This document shows positions 27,438 through 37,759 of a stretch of DNA of 64,000 nucleotides, piece after piece. Under the pieces are notes generated by a model that made no database searches, was not told the DNA's origin, and worked only from the letters and a program-made list of their open reading frames with translations. Position 1 is the stretch's first letter. The number at the start of each line of letters is the position of its first letter. A program made the position numbers and the translations under genes. The DNA lies in contig CDROCS010005463.1 of NCBI GenBank assembly GCA_977020255.1, positions 1 to 64,000 of the forward strand, in the 5' to 3' direction. This DNA comes from Obrimoposthia wandeli. Lineage: Eukaryota.

Positions 27438-29552
27438 ATGCCCAATATCGACTCACTTTCTGATCGACTCGTTGATTATTTGGACCCTAAAATGGTCCAC
27501 CAAGTGCGTCGCGCATATTTTTATGCTGAGCAAGCCCACGAGGGCCAATGGCGCAAGTCAGGTGAGCCTTACGTTACCCATCCCTTAGCAGTCGCTAGTA
27601 TACTGGCCACAATGCATATGGATCATCAAAGTTTGATGGCTGCTATGCTGCACGATGTAATAGAAGATACCGAAGTAGATTTTGAGGGCATAGAAGGCCA
27701 ATTTGGCTCTGCTGTTGCCACTATCGTTGAAGGTGTTTCTAAGCTTACGCACCTGGAAGTAGAATCAAAAGCTGAAGCACAAGCAGAAAACTTCCAAAAG
27801 ATGGTTATGGCCATGGCGGAAGATATTCGCGTTATATTGGTTAAATTGGCCGATAGATTACACAATATGCGTACATTGGGCGCAATGCCTGCACACAAGC
27901 GTCGACGTATAGCGAAAGAAACCTTAGATATTTATGCGCCTATTGCCGCTAGACTGGGCATGCGCAATATTCAAATCGAACTGCAAGAACTTTCATTTTT
28001 TTCCTATTATCCAATGCGAGCAAAGCGTATTCGACACGCTGTTATTAGTGCGCGTGGTCAGCGCAAAGATTTAATTACCAACATAGAAAGCTCTATACAA
28101 GCCAGATTGAAGCAAGAAGGTCTAAATTGTATTGTGTTTGGCCGTGAGAAGCATCTATATAGTATCTATTTAAAAATGAAATCTCAACGTAAGCAATTTG
28201 TCGATATTATGGATGTGTTTGCATTTCGTATCGTCACTGAAACAGTAGATGAGTGCTATAGAGTATTAGGTTCTGTCCATAATTTATATAAACCAGTACA
28301 CGGTCGTTTTAAGGATTATATTGCGATCCCTAAAGGTAATGGTTACCAGTCTTTGCATACAGAGTTATTTGGTGCAAAAGATATAACAATTGAAGTACAA
28401 ATCCGCAGCCGAGAGATGGACGCAGTGGCCATGCAAGGTATTGCTGAGCATGGCTACTACAAAAGCGGTGGCTCTGAATCTGATATTGCGCTTAGCTCAT
28501 TTAATCGAGCGCGTAAATGGGTGCAAGACCTGCTTGAAATGCAAAAGCGCGCCGGTGATTCAATGGAATTCATCGACAACGTTAAAAAAGATTTATTCCC
28601 TGATGAGGTGTATGTTTTTACGCCTAAAGGGCAAATATACGAACTGCCACCAGGGGCAACCGCAGTGGATTTGGCTTACGCTATCCACACTGATGTCGGT
28701 AACTCTTGTATTTCCTGTCGAGTTAACCGACGTTTGGTACCTTTATCGGAACCATTAGAAAGTGGCCAAACGGTAGAAATCATCAGAACACCGAGTGCTA
28801 AGCCTAATATGGCTTGGCTCAATTTTGTTGTAACAGGTAAAGCACGTTCAAGTATTAGGCATTTTCTGAAGAATCAAGAGCGCGATGAGTCTATTAAAAT
28901 GGGCAAGCGTTTGCTTAACCAGTTCTTGAGCCAGTTTGGTATTAATACAGATGAAGTTGATAAGCAAAAAATGACTGAGTTTTTGGCAGAGTCTAACCTT
29001 GATACAACAGAAGAGCTCTTACAGGAAATTGGCGTAGGCAATTTGATGTCCTATGTAGTAGCAAGAAGATTAAGACCGCAAGAGGGTGAGTTGCCTGAAG
29101 CCAAGCTGCCGCAAAAGTCTATTGCCATTGAGGGCACTGAGGGTGTTGTCATCCAATACGCTAAATGCTGTCAGCCAATTCCTGGAGATAGCATTGTTGG
29201 TTATACCAGCAGCGGTAGAGGGTTTGTAGTACATAGAGATAATTGTAAAAACATTAGAGCAATGAAAGATGATCATGAAAAGTGCATCTTCTTAGAGTGG
29301 TCTGATGATTTAGATGATGAGTTCAGTGTAAGCCTAAAACTAGAGGTTTCATCTGAACGAGGTATCATTGCACATTTGGCAACGACAGCGTCGTCGATTG
29401 GAGCGAATATTTCCAAAATGGATTTAGGTGAAAAAGAAGGCCTACTTTGTTCTGTTGATATGGAATTGGCTGTAAAAGGCCGCATTCACTTAGCCAGAAC
29501 GATAAAGAAACTTAGAGCACTTCGCTCGGTGAGTAGAGTATACAGAGTATAG
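27438..29552 (+). CDS. spoT: Bifunctional (p)ppGpp synthetase/hydrolase
   Basis: HD domain LHDVIEDT, YQSLHT, TGS, ACT; gmk-rpoZ-spoT synteny. Confidence 0.97.
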   Translation: MPNIDSLSDRLVDYLDPKMVHQVRRAYFYAEQAHEGQWRKSGEPYVTHPLAVASILATMHMDHQSLMAAMLHDVIEDTEVDFEGIEGQFGSAVATIVEGVSKLTHLEVESKAEAQAENFQKMVMAMAEDIRVILVKLADRLHNMRTLGAMPAHKRRRIAKETLDIYAPIAARLGMRNIQIELQELSFFSYYPMRAKRIRHAVISARGQRKDLITNIESSIQARLKQEGLNCIVFGREKHLYSIYLKMKSQRKQFVDIMDVFAFRIVTETVDECYRVLGSVHNLYKPVHGRFKDYIAIPKGNGYQSLHTELFGAKDITIEVQIRSREMDAVAMQGIAEHGYYKSGGSESDIALSSFNRARKWVQDLLEMQKRAGDSMEFIDNVKKDLFPDEVYVFTPKGQIYELPPGATAVDLAYAIHTDVGNSCISCRVNRRLVPLSEPLESGQTVEIIRTPSAKPNMAWLNFVVTGKARSSIRHFLKNQERDESIKMGKRLLNQFLSQFGINTDEVDKQKMTEFLAESNLDTTEELLQEIGVGNLMSYVVARRLRPQEGELPEAKLPQKSIAIEGTEGVVIQYAKCCQPIPGDSIVGYTSSGRGFVVHRDNCKNIRAMKDDHEKCIFLEWSDDLDDEFSVSLKLEVSSERGIIAHLATTASSIGANISKMDLGEKEGLLCSVDMELAVKGRIHLARTIKKLRALRSVSRVYRV

Positions 29553-29563
29553 TTTTTATCAGT

Positions 29564-29599
29564 AAAATCAGTCGTTACTGCTAATAATTGACTGATTTT
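29564..29599. terminator. Hairpin after spoT
   Basis: AAAATCAGTC...GACTGATTTT. Confidence 0.6.
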
Positions 29600-29820
29600 A
29601 TGATTAATAATGACCATTTATACCAATGTAATACTAATGACTATTTTTTATATTTAAACTGCCGCTATACTTAAATACACTGAAACTATATTGTCGAGGC
29701 GATATTCTGTTTTTTATAATATGAATATCAACTATCGATAAATTCCCGAAGTTCGCATTATTCTTGCCAGTACATACTATTATTATTGAATAATGCTTAT
29801 ATTTTAAAAGAGGTGATCAA

Positions 29821-31167
29821 TTGGCTGTTGGAGTTCAAAGGTTGGATAACGTCAAGGAAAGCCCTAGTACGGTTCGTATAGCGCTTTTACATGATAATGA
29901 AGGTAAGGTTTTAGTAATACTTCCCTCATCACACCTATTAAATTTGGTTGTGTTATGGCGCGAATCTTCACGCCATTTACAACCTGTGCGTGCAGACAAT
30001 ATTGTTAAATTCTTCAATCAAGATGCGCTAGCGACAACGGAGGGGCAAAAAAAGTTGTTTTCTCTGCCGGTGTATTTAGATAAGTCGTGTATTGATATGA
30101 AGTCTTTATCGGTAGTTGAGCCGCACTCTGGCCTGGCGTTTGATTTACCACGCAAGTGGTTAGAAGGAGCCGCGAGTGTTATTAACGTAGGTATTAGTCC
30201 TGAGCAGATCCAAGAGCAACAACCTCAAGGAACTGATGAAGAGGTTATTGTCAAAGCGGTTGAAAAGTTTACTGCGCTGCGCATTAAACAGCGTATGGAA
30301 GATACACTTGGCTTGCCGAGTCTTGCACCTACCGCTGAAAAAATTACCGAGCTGCGTGCCGATCCTTTAGCGGGCGTTGATCGTTTGGTGCCTATTGTTA
30401 AAGTAGACCCTTCATTGGCAGCGCAAGTGATGAGCTGGGCCGCTTCGCCTTATTACGCAACACCTGGAGAGCTGCAATCAATTGATGACGCAGTAATCAG
30501 AGTATTAGGCTTTGATTTGGTGGTGAATCTTGCGCTTGGCGTATCTATGGGTAAAACGCTGACTATTCCTGATGAAGCCCCAAGAGGGCATACGCCTTAT
30601 TGGATACAGGCTATTTATACGGCGACCTTAACCGAGCGTTTGTGTAGAAAAATGCAGGTAGAAGATGCACCTAAGCCTGGTTTAGTATACTTAACGGGTT
30701 TGATCCATAACTTTGGTTATGCTGCTTTAGCGCATTTGTTTCCTCCACACTTTGCTTTGCTATCGAGGTATTTAGAAGTAAATCCTCATATGAGCATAGA
30801 ACAAATAGAGCGACATGTTCTAAATGTGACCCGAGAGCAAGTTGCATCTTGGTTGTTTCGTTGCTGGAGCCTACCTAAAGAGGTGTGCGACGGTGTTAGA
30901 TATGTAAATGCTCCAGCGCACCCTAAAGCGAATAGTCACGCCCATTTAGTGCATATTGCCACAAGAGCGCTGCGCTCAATAGGTCTTGCTGATGGCCCTA
31001 TTGAAAAGCTTGATACTCAAGTATTACAGGCGGTCGGTCTGTTAGAATCAGAGGTCATCGCTGAGCGTGATGAAATGCTGAAGAAAAGTGATGAATTACT
31101 AGAGTTAGTCAAAATATTAGAAGTGCAGCAAACACGTGAGGCATCTAGAGATAAAGAGCTGGTTTAA
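29821..31167 (+). CDS. HDOD domain protein with degenerate YbaK-like N-terminal region
   Basis: DPSLAAQVMSWAASPYY, AVIRVLGFD, GLIHNFG. Confidence 0.85.
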   Translation: MAVGVQRLDNVKESPSTVRIALLHDNEGKVLVILPSSHLLNLVVLWRESSRHLQPVRADNIVKFFNQDALATTEGQKKLFSLPVYLDKSCIDMKSLSVVEPHSGLAFDLPRKWLEGAASVINVGISPEQIQEQQPQGTDEEVIVKAVEKFTALRIKQRMEDTLGLPSLAPTAEKITELRADPLAGVDRLVPIVKVDPSLAAQVMSWAASPYYATPGELQSIDDAVIRVLGFDLVVNLALGVSMGKTLTIPDEAPRGHTPYWIQAIYTATLTERLCRKMQVEDAPKPGLVYLTGLIHNFGYAALAHLFPPHFALLSRYLEVNPHMSIEQIERHVLNVTREQVASWLFRCWSLPKEVCDGVRYVNAPAHPKANSHAHLVHIATRALRSIGLADGPIEKLDTQVLQAVGLLESEVIAERDEMLKKSDELLELVKILEVQQTREASRDKELV

Positions 31168-31171
31168 TAGC

Positions 31172-31303
31172 GATGAATTAGGCGTAGCCTAAATCATCAA
31201 AGGTAAATTCTCCGCATCGATGGCGTGAACTTATTAGTGCAAAAAGACACTAGAAGTGTCCCGCTTCACGTAATGAAGTCGAGCGTAACGAAAGGGCTTG
31301 CCC
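31172..31303 (+). repeat. Composite interspersed palindromic element
   Basis: Hairpin GATGAATTAGGCGTAGCCTAAATCATC; ATCAAAGGTAAATTC; 30-mer TGAAGTCGAGCGTAACGAAAGGGCTTGCCC matching 37730-37759 at 28/30. Confidence 0.85.
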
Positions 31304-31416
31304 TGGGTTTTTTTATTTTTAGCATTGGTAAATGAGGTAGTCCATAAAATAATAGGCCTATCTCATTTAGAGCGTCATAAATAACAGCATCTCATCCTGA
31401 TATGCTTATTATGGGG

Positions 31417-33324
31417 CTAATCAGAACTTTCTATTTCTTCCAGTTCTTCTTGTTTTTCCATCCACTGTTCTTCCGCCGTTTCTAACGCTGACTTACTCTT
31501 CGCTTGCTCTGTTAATATTTGCTTTAACTGGTTTTTTTGCTCGGCTTCGTAAATCTCGCTCGTAGACAAGCTATCTTCGAAGTCACTGAGCTGAGATTGC
31601 AGTTTCTCTATGAGCTTTTCTAAATTTGAAATACTATTTTTTAACGGACGTAGTTGAGATCGTCGCTCGGCTGCGAGCCTTTTTTGTTCCTTTTTTTGAT
31701 CGGCGCTGAGCGATTTGTTTTCTCTGGAGACCATTTTGTTTGGTGCAAGGTTACGACGCTGTTCACTCAACCAGTTTTGGTAATCGTTTAAATCACCACT
31801 GAACTCTGTCACCTTACCGTTGGCGACTAATAAAAACTCATCGACTGTATTTCTAAGTAAATGACGATCATGAGACACCAAAATTACCGCACCCTCAAAG
31901 GCTTGCATTGCCATAGTAAGTGCATGTCTAACTTCTAAGTCCAAATGGTTAGTTGGCTCATCTAGTAACAGCAGGTTAGGTTTTTGCCAGGCGATTAGAG
32001 CCAGCGCAACCCGCGCTTTTTCACCGCCAGAGAACTGCTTAACAGGGGTGAATGCATCATCTCCAAAGAAGCCGAAAGAGCCTAAATAGTTACGCACTTG
32101 CTGATCAGTAGATTTTGGCGATATGCGCATCACATGCACCATTGCCGATGCTTCTAAGTCTAATGCTTCTAATTGATGCTGTGAAAAGTAACCCACTTTA
32201 AGGTGCTCGCCACTGTTTCTCTCGCCGCATAAGTTTTCAATATCGCCAACTAATGTTTTGATTAAAGTAGACTTACCTGCCCCATTAGGCCCTAACAACC
32301 CAATTCTTGAACCGGGGGCGAGCGTAATCGACACTTGATTTAAGATAGTTGTTTGGGCGTAGCCGCAATCTGCTTTGCGAAGCGACAGTAGTGGGTTAGA
32401 GACTTTTTCATTACAAGGGAAGCTAAAAGTGAAGGGGCTATCAACGTGCGCTGCTGAAATCGTCTCCATTCTCTCAAGCTCTTTAACACGGCTTTGGGCT
32501 TGTTTGGCTTTAGATGCTTTTGCCTTGAAGCGACGTACAAACTGCTCTATTTCAGCGATGCGCTGCTGCTGCTTTTCAAACTGAACTTGCTGTTGGGCTA
32601 AGCGCTCTGCTTTCGCGCGCTCAAACGCACTGTATTGGCCTTTGTACAAATCAATTTTAGCACTGTGCATATGTGCTATATGATCTACTACTTGATCTAA
32701 AAAATCCCTATCGTGAGAAATCAACAGCAGCATACCTTGATAATTCTTAAGCCACGTTTCAAGCCATACCGTAGCATCTAAATCTAAATGGTTGGTCGGC
32801 TCATCTAGTAAAAGTATGTCCGAGCGGCACATTAATGCTTTAGCTAGGTTTAAGCGAATGCGCCAACCACCAGATAAATCACTGACGTCTCGTTGCGCAT
32901 CATCATTGGCAAAGCCCAGGCCGTTAAGTAACTGTTGAGCTCTAGATTCAGCGGTGTAGCCGTCTATATTATCCAATTGGGCGTGTAACTCGCCTATGCG
33001 CTCAGCTTGATCATTGATTTGCGCCGTGTTCAATTGCTTTTGTACTTCTCTAAGTGCAGTATCACCATCAAGTACGTAATCTAACACGGTGCGATTGGCG
33101 GCATGTACCTCTTGAGCCATATGAGCAATTGTTTGTTTGCCGGATATTTTTAGCTCGCCAGCATCCAGTTGTAGCTCACCTAACAGTAATTTAAATAAAC
33201 TGGACTTACCGACGCCATTTGCACCGATAATCCCGATTTTCCAACCTGAGTGTAAAGTTAAATCGGCACTATTTAAAAGTTGCTGAGGACCGCGAAGTAA
33301 GCTGAGTTTTAATAATTGGATCAT
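31417..33324 (-). CDS. yheS: ABC-F family ATPase (YheS-like)
   Basis: Two NBDs GANGVGKS / GPNGAGKS, LSGGWR / FSGGEK, linker FVRRFKAKASKAKQAQSR, C-terminal coiled coil. Confidence 0.9.
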   Translation of the reverse strand: MIQLLKLSLLRGPQQLLNSADLTLHSGWKIGIIGANGVGKSSLFKLLLGELQLDAGELKISGKQTIAHMAQEVHAANRTVLDYVLDGDTALREVQKQLNTAQINDQAERIGELHAQLDNIDGYTAESRAQQLLNGLGFANDDAQRDVSDLSGGWRIRLNLAKALMCRSDILLLDEPTNHLDLDATVWLETWLKNYQGMLLLISHDRDFLDQVVDHIAHMHSAKIDLYKGQYSAFERAKAERLAQQQVQFEKQQQRIAEIEQFVRRFKAKASKAKQAQSRVKELERMETISAAHVDSPFTFSFPCNEKVSNPLLSLRKADCGYAQTTILNQVSITLAPGSRIGLLGPNGAGKSTLIKTLVGDIENLCGERNSGEHLKVGYFSQHQLEALDLEASAMVHVMRISPKSTDQQVRNYLGSFGFFGDDAFTPVKQFSGGEKARVALALIAWQKPNLLLLDEPTNHLDLEVRHALTMAMQAFEGAVILVSHDRHLLRNTVDEFLLVANGKVTEFSGDLNDYQNWLSEQRRNLAPNKMVSRENKSLSADQKKEQKRLAAERRSQLRPLKNSISNLEKLIEKLQSQLSDFEDSLSTSEIYEAEQKNQLKQILTEQAKSKSALETAEEQWMEKQEELEEIESSD

Positions 33325-33667
33325 ATATAGCCGGTAAGGTTACTGTTACAAAGAATTAAGCGGCAGATTTTATCACAGTGCAGGGCATTTGCATGTAAAC
33401 CTGGGGCTAAATAAGCGCCATGTGATAAGCAATGCCTCGTACGCTTTGTAAAGTAAGATTTTTTGGTGAGTAAAAACCCCTTTATAAGCCTAAAGTGATG
33501 TAGTGTATACACTTAACAGATGAATAAGATGAGTGTTATAAAGTTAAGATGAAACAATAACTTAGTTGGCATTTTTAGCGCTCAACTACTGATTTTAGGA
33601 TAATGAGTAGGGAAGTGTTCTTGATGATTTAGGTCGTAGCTAAGTTATCTTTATAGAGGAGCGATAG

Positions 33668-34210
33668 ATGAATAAAGATAATCAACTCTGGCAATTTGCT
33701 GTGAAGTTTTATGCTGAGCCGCAAGTAGAAGAGCAGTTGTTAGATTTGCAGAATGAAAATGGGCTAAATATTAATTTTTTGATATTTGCTATTTGGCTTG
33801 CGAGCGAAAACAGTCGTCTTATGTATCTTCCTGAGCAAGAAAATAGTGTTGACTCGTGGCATACACAAATAATAAACCCGATAAGAGAAGTGAGGTACCG
33901 CTTAAAAAAACAGCGCGCAGCGAGCACAGCACTTGATCTAGCGCTAGGGGATTGTTATCAAAAATTATTAGCAACGGAGCTGGCGATGGAGCAAGTGGAA
34001 TTGATGTTGTTATACGAGGCTCGCCTGGGTTTGAGTGAAAAAAAGCCAGGTAATGCAAGAGATTCGTCTCTAGTTAAAAAAAATTTACACTTTTACTTTA
34101 AAAATATGAAATTAGAACCAATTAATACACACAGTAATCGAGTTTTCTGGGATAGATTTGAGCAACTTGTCATTTGTGCTGAAAACATATTAGATAAAAA
34201 TGTATCTTAA
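33668..34210 (+). CDS. TIGR02444/DUF2390 family protein
   Basis: LWQFAVKFY...LQNENGLNIN; located next to yheS. Confidence 0.8.
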   Translation: MNKDNQLWQFAVKFYAEPQVEEQLLDLQNENGLNINFLIFAIWLASENSRLMYLPEQENSVDSWHTQIINPIREVRYRLKKQRAASTALDLALGDCYQKLLATELAMEQVELMLLYEARLGLSEKKPGNARDSSLVKKNLHFYFKNMKLEPINTHSNRVFWDRFEQLVICAENILDKNVS

Positions 34211-34513
34211 ACCTAAAATCAGCAGTTGGGTGCTAAAATGCTAATCAAGTTATTGTTTCACCTTAACGTTATAGCACTCATCGTATTCATCTGTTGAGTG
34301 AATGCGCTACATCACTTTAGTTAATTGTTCTATTAACAAAACAGTGCAAGCTACATCGAACTTTGTTGTTAAACGCTGTCCTAGAATAGATAAGGATAAA
34401 GTGCAGCGACTCAGTAGTTAAAGTTGCAAAAAACATATAGATTACTCTATTTAATCAATCGAATATAAGCCCGTAAATTATTGTTTCTCGTGGTTTTAAA
34501 TAAGGATTTAAGA

Positions 34514-35260
34514 ATGAAGAAGACACTCTTAGCAATTGCAATGACAACAGTACTAAGTGCACCTGCAGCGTTTGCTGTAACCTTAGATAGTGATGACCAA
34601 AAATTGAGCTATAGTTTTGGTTTGATGGTTGCTAAGCAGATGCAAGGTAGTTTCCAGAAACTAGACGTTGAAGCTTTTAGCGCTGCTGTTAAAGATATTT
34701 ATAGCGAATCCGAGCAACAGCTTAGTGATGAGTTGGTTGAAGAGTCATTAAAAAAATTCCAAGAACAGCAAATAGCACTACAAAAAGTAGCGGCAGAAAA
34801 AGCGGCAGAAGTTGCAGAAGTAGCTAAATTAGAAGCAGAGAAAAAAACGCAGGAAAACATAGCGCTGGGTAAAGCGTTCTTAGCAGAAAATGGCAAGCGT
34901 GATGGCGTTGTTACTACAAAAAGCGGTTTGCAAATTGAGATGACAAGCCCTGGTACAGGCGTTAATCCAACCGCTGAAGATACGGTTATTGTGCATTATA
35001 AAGGAACGACAATAGACGGAGAAGAGTTTGATAGCTCTATTGCACGTGGTAAGCCTGCTACTTTCCCACTAAAAGGTGTCATACCTGGTTGGACTGAAGG
35101 TTTGCAACTAATTAAGGAAGGTGGCAAGGCTAAATTATTTATACCCTCAGAACTCGCTTATGGAAACAACGGTGCAGGTGGATCTATTGGTCCAGGCGAA
35201 ACCTTGATTTTTGAAGTAGAGTTAATTGAAATTACCAAAGCAGAAGTACCAAAGAAATAA
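34514..35260 (+). CDS. fkpA: Periplasmic FKBP-type peptidyl-prolyl isomerase
   Basis: Signal peptide; QKLSYSFG; VHYKGT..DGEEFDSS; VIPGWTEGLQL; IPSELAYG. Confidence 0.9.
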   Translation: MKKTLLAIAMTTVLSAPAAFAVTLDSDDQKLSYSFGLMVAKQMQGSFQKLDVEAFSAAVKDIYSESEQQLSDELVEESLKKFQEQQIALQKVAAEKAAEVAEVAKLEAEKKTQENIALGKAFLAENGKRDGVVTTKSGLQIEMTSPGTGVNPTAEDTVIVHYKGTTIDGEEFDSSIARGKPATFPLKGVIPGWTEGLQLIKEGGKAKLFIPSELAYGNNGAGGSIGPGETLIFEVELIEITKAEVPKK

Positions 35261-35313
35261 GAAACAGTTTAAGTTTAACCAGTAATAGCAAACTTAACAT
35301 ATAGCTCTACTAG

Positions 35314-35348
35314 AAAAGGATAATAGCCAATGCATTATCCTTTTTTTT
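35314..35348 (+). terminator. Intrinsic terminator after fkpA
   Basis: AAAAGGATAAT...ATTATCCTTTTTTTT. Confidence 0.8.
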
Positions 35349-35412
35349 ATGTACACGAAGTACGGTAGTAGCGGTGCCATGGATGGCAAGGAGCGATATG
35401 TACACGAAGTAC
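35348..35412 (+). repeat. Exact 16-bp direct repeat (35348-35363, 35397-35412) flanking a GCCATGGATGGC palindrome
   Basis: TATGTACACGAAGTAC twice, 49 bp apart. Confidence 0.9.
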
Positions 35413-35553
35413 TCTTAGCCTTTAAATGTTCCAGACAAAAGCTAAGTACTTACCTCCAGGTAAGCAAGTAGTCATATCATGGATCGAAAAGGGAAAGCGT
35501 TATTAATTCGACAAGCTAGTACTACAATGTTTTAGCAAAGACAAGCGTACAAA

Positions 35554-36537
35554 TTACTCAAATTCATTTAGTACGCCGTTACTCCCAAGTGCTAAATAAA
35601 TACCTGATTTTGAAAAACTAACAGCGATAACGCTCACACTATTAGGACCATAAAGGTCTTTTTTGTGTGCTTGCCAATGCTCCAACATGTTCCCATCTAA
35701 TGAGTCCCATAATTGTACAGACCCTGAAGAACTGCCCGTTAATAGCTCTGCTCCATCATCTGAAAATCTCGCACTCAAATAGCTAATGCGCTTTTGGGTA
35801 AAAGATTCATCACCTGTAATATAGGAGATGACTTCCCCCGTTTTAGGGCTCCAAATAACGCCTCTGTCTAAGCTGCTGGCACTAAATGCGAGTTCACCAT
35901 CATCACTAATAGCAACAGTGTCAATAATGTTCTCTAAGGTCATTTGGTGCAGTCGCTTACCTGTGGTTATGTCCCAAATGCTGGTTGTGTAGTCATCAGC
36001 ACCTGTTATTGCCAGCTTGCCATCTTTACTCAGAGCAACAGAGCGGACTCTGCCTGCGTGGCGTAATGTCCGTTGGATACCACCATTGACTATGTCAAAG
36101 ATTACCGCCGTGTGATTAGCTAGACCTACTAGTGCATAGCGTCCGTTGTTGGTAAGTGCTATATCTAAAATTTCCCCAGGAGAGCTCCAAAACCATTCAG
36201 GCTTACCTGTTGCAGTGTGCCACAATACCAAATCTTGTTGGTTTGCTGTTACCGCAAAATCACCTTCAGGTGAAAAGGCGGTTTTTGCGATCAGTGAGCG
36301 GGTGTTCTTTTGGTGATTCCAATCATAAAGTCGTTCAGCAGTGTCTATTTCCCACAGGCTACCACCTTCTTCTTGTGCACCAATTACTGCAAAGCGACCG
36401 TCTTTAGAGATGGCGGCACTGTACAAACCTAAAGTTGCATAGTTTTGCCAATCAAACGGTGGCTTCCCTGATTCACAAGCGGTGAGTAAAAAACTGACGA
36501 GTCCTATGAGAGATAGCTTGATCGCAACTTTATGCAT
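35554..36537 (-). CDS. WD40 beta-propeller lipoprotein
   Basis: Lipobox LLTAC; repeated WD/WN motifs. Confidence 0.85.
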   Translation of the reverse strand: MHKVAIKLSLIGLVSFLLTACESGKPPFDWQNYATLGLYSAAISKDGRFAVIGAQEEGGSLWEIDTAERLYDWNHQKNTRSLIAKTAFSPEGDFAVTANQQDLVLWHTATGKPEWFWSSPGEILDIALTNNGRYALVGLANHTAVIFDIVNGGIQRTLRHAGRVRSVALSKDGKLAITGADDYTTSIWDITTGKRLHQMTLENIIDTVAISDDGELAFSASSLDRGVIWSPKTGEVISYITGDESFTQKRISYLSARFSDDGAELLTGSSSGSVQLWDSLDGNMLEHWQAHKKDLYGPNSVSVIAVSFSKSGIYLALGSNGVLNEFE

Positions 36538-36541
36538 AATT

Positions 36542-37012
36542 TTATTTAGACACTTGTTCGCTGTGGGTTAAATGTAATAGTTCAATCATTTTATCTTCGA
36601 GAGAAAAGCGACTTTCTAGCGCTTCACCTAAGAGTGACAGCTGTTCTGCGAATTCACGAATTTCTTGAACGGTTGGATCCTGCATAGACGAGTACTTATC
36701 ATTAAAATCAAGCGCCTGATCAGTGGTAGGCTGAATTAAAGGAAACAGCAATTGAGCCTCTTCTAAAGAGCCGTCGTTAAATTCGCTGCCCTCGCGTAAT
36801 AGCTGTTCATATACTTCAAAATGGCCTGAAGATAAGTAGTCCATCAATAAGGTACAAAATAAATTGAGTCGGTCGTGTAATCCGTGAGAAATACTTTGAG
36901 AGGGTATGGAGACAAAATGGGAAATTAAAACTTGTCGGCTCTCTAACCAAGCGTCAATAATGTCACTGACACCACCCCATCTTTCTTTTGCGCCTTTGCA
37001 TTTTTCTAACAT
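36542..37012 (-). CDS. rsd: Regulator of sigma D (Rsd/AlgQ)
   Basis: ERWGGVSDIIDAWLESRQ, DYLSSGHFEVYEQL, RFSLEDKMI. Confidence 0.93.
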   Translation of the reverse strand: MLEKCKGAKERWGGVSDIIDAWLESRQVLISHFVSIPSQSISHGLHDRLNLFCTLLMDYLSSGHFEVYEQLLREGSEFNDGSLEEAQLLFPLIQPTTDQALDFNDKYSSMQDPTVQEIREFAEQLSLLGEALESRFSLEDKMIELLHLTHSEQVSK

Positions 37013-37285
37013 GATAAATTTCCTTTGTTTATAAGTGCCTATACTCTAATCTTAATCCTAAGCTTGTAAAAGGTGCAAGAAGATTAGATCAAGAAAGTAC
37101 GAGGTCGTTAAAAAATACAAAATATTGTCCGTTTTTGTTATGCTCAAACAGTTTATACCGCTAAACTTAAACTGCTGTTAATGATATAAGCATAAAAATA
37201 TCAAGCGTATACAAGTATAAAACCTAAAGATTATAGCATAATTTTGATTAAGCGCTGAATGCGTATAAAGAAGGGGTCAATAAAG

Positions 37286-37690
37286 ATGAAGTATAGAGCG
37301 CTCTTATTATTATTAATAAGTCTGTGGGTACCGTTTACTATGGCTGCAGATGACGAAGAGGTGGAGGATTACGTAGGTTATATTGAATTAAAGCCTTTTG
37401 TCGCTAACTTTGGTGGCACAGCTGAACTGCATTTTATTAAATGCGAAATTACTATCCAAGTGGGTTCAAACGCAACAGAGCTAGCAGTTGACAACCATAA
37501 AGATGCTATTCGCAATGATATTTTATTTTTACTGATGTCACAAAGCATTGAAAGTATGACAGAGCCTTTCGCACAAAAAGTACTTGCTAAAAAAGCAACG
37601 TTATTAGTTAAACAGCGTTTAGCTGATGAAAACGGTGAGGAAGAGGTGGCTATAAGTGATCTGTTTTTTGTCAGCTTTGTAGCGCAATAA
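37286..37690 (+). CDS. fliL: Orphan FliL-like protein
   Basis: N-terminal TM; PFVANF; IRNDILFLL; LFFVSFVAQ. Confidence 0.75.
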   Translation: MKYRALLLLLISLWVPFTMAADDEEVEDYVGYIELKPFVANFGGTAELHFIKCEITIQVGSNATELAVDNHKDAIRNDILFLLMSQSIESMTEPFAQKVLAKKATLLVKQRLADENGEEEVAISDLFFVSFVAQ

Positions 37691-37701
37691 ACTACTAAAT
37701 T

Positions 37702-37759
37702 ATCAAGGGTAAATTCCCACCTAACGAAGTGAAGTCGAGCGTAGCGAGAGGGCTTGCCC
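37702..37759 (+). repeat. Shorter copy of the element at 31196-31303
   Basis: ATCAAGGGTAAATTCCC...TGAAGTCGAGCGTAGCGAGAGGGCTTGCCC. Confidence 0.85.

Noticed and set aside
35348-35412. Possible mini-CRISPR (repeat-33 bp-repeat)
   Set aside because: Only two 16-bp repeats, too short, with no leader or cas genes; kept as a repeat instead
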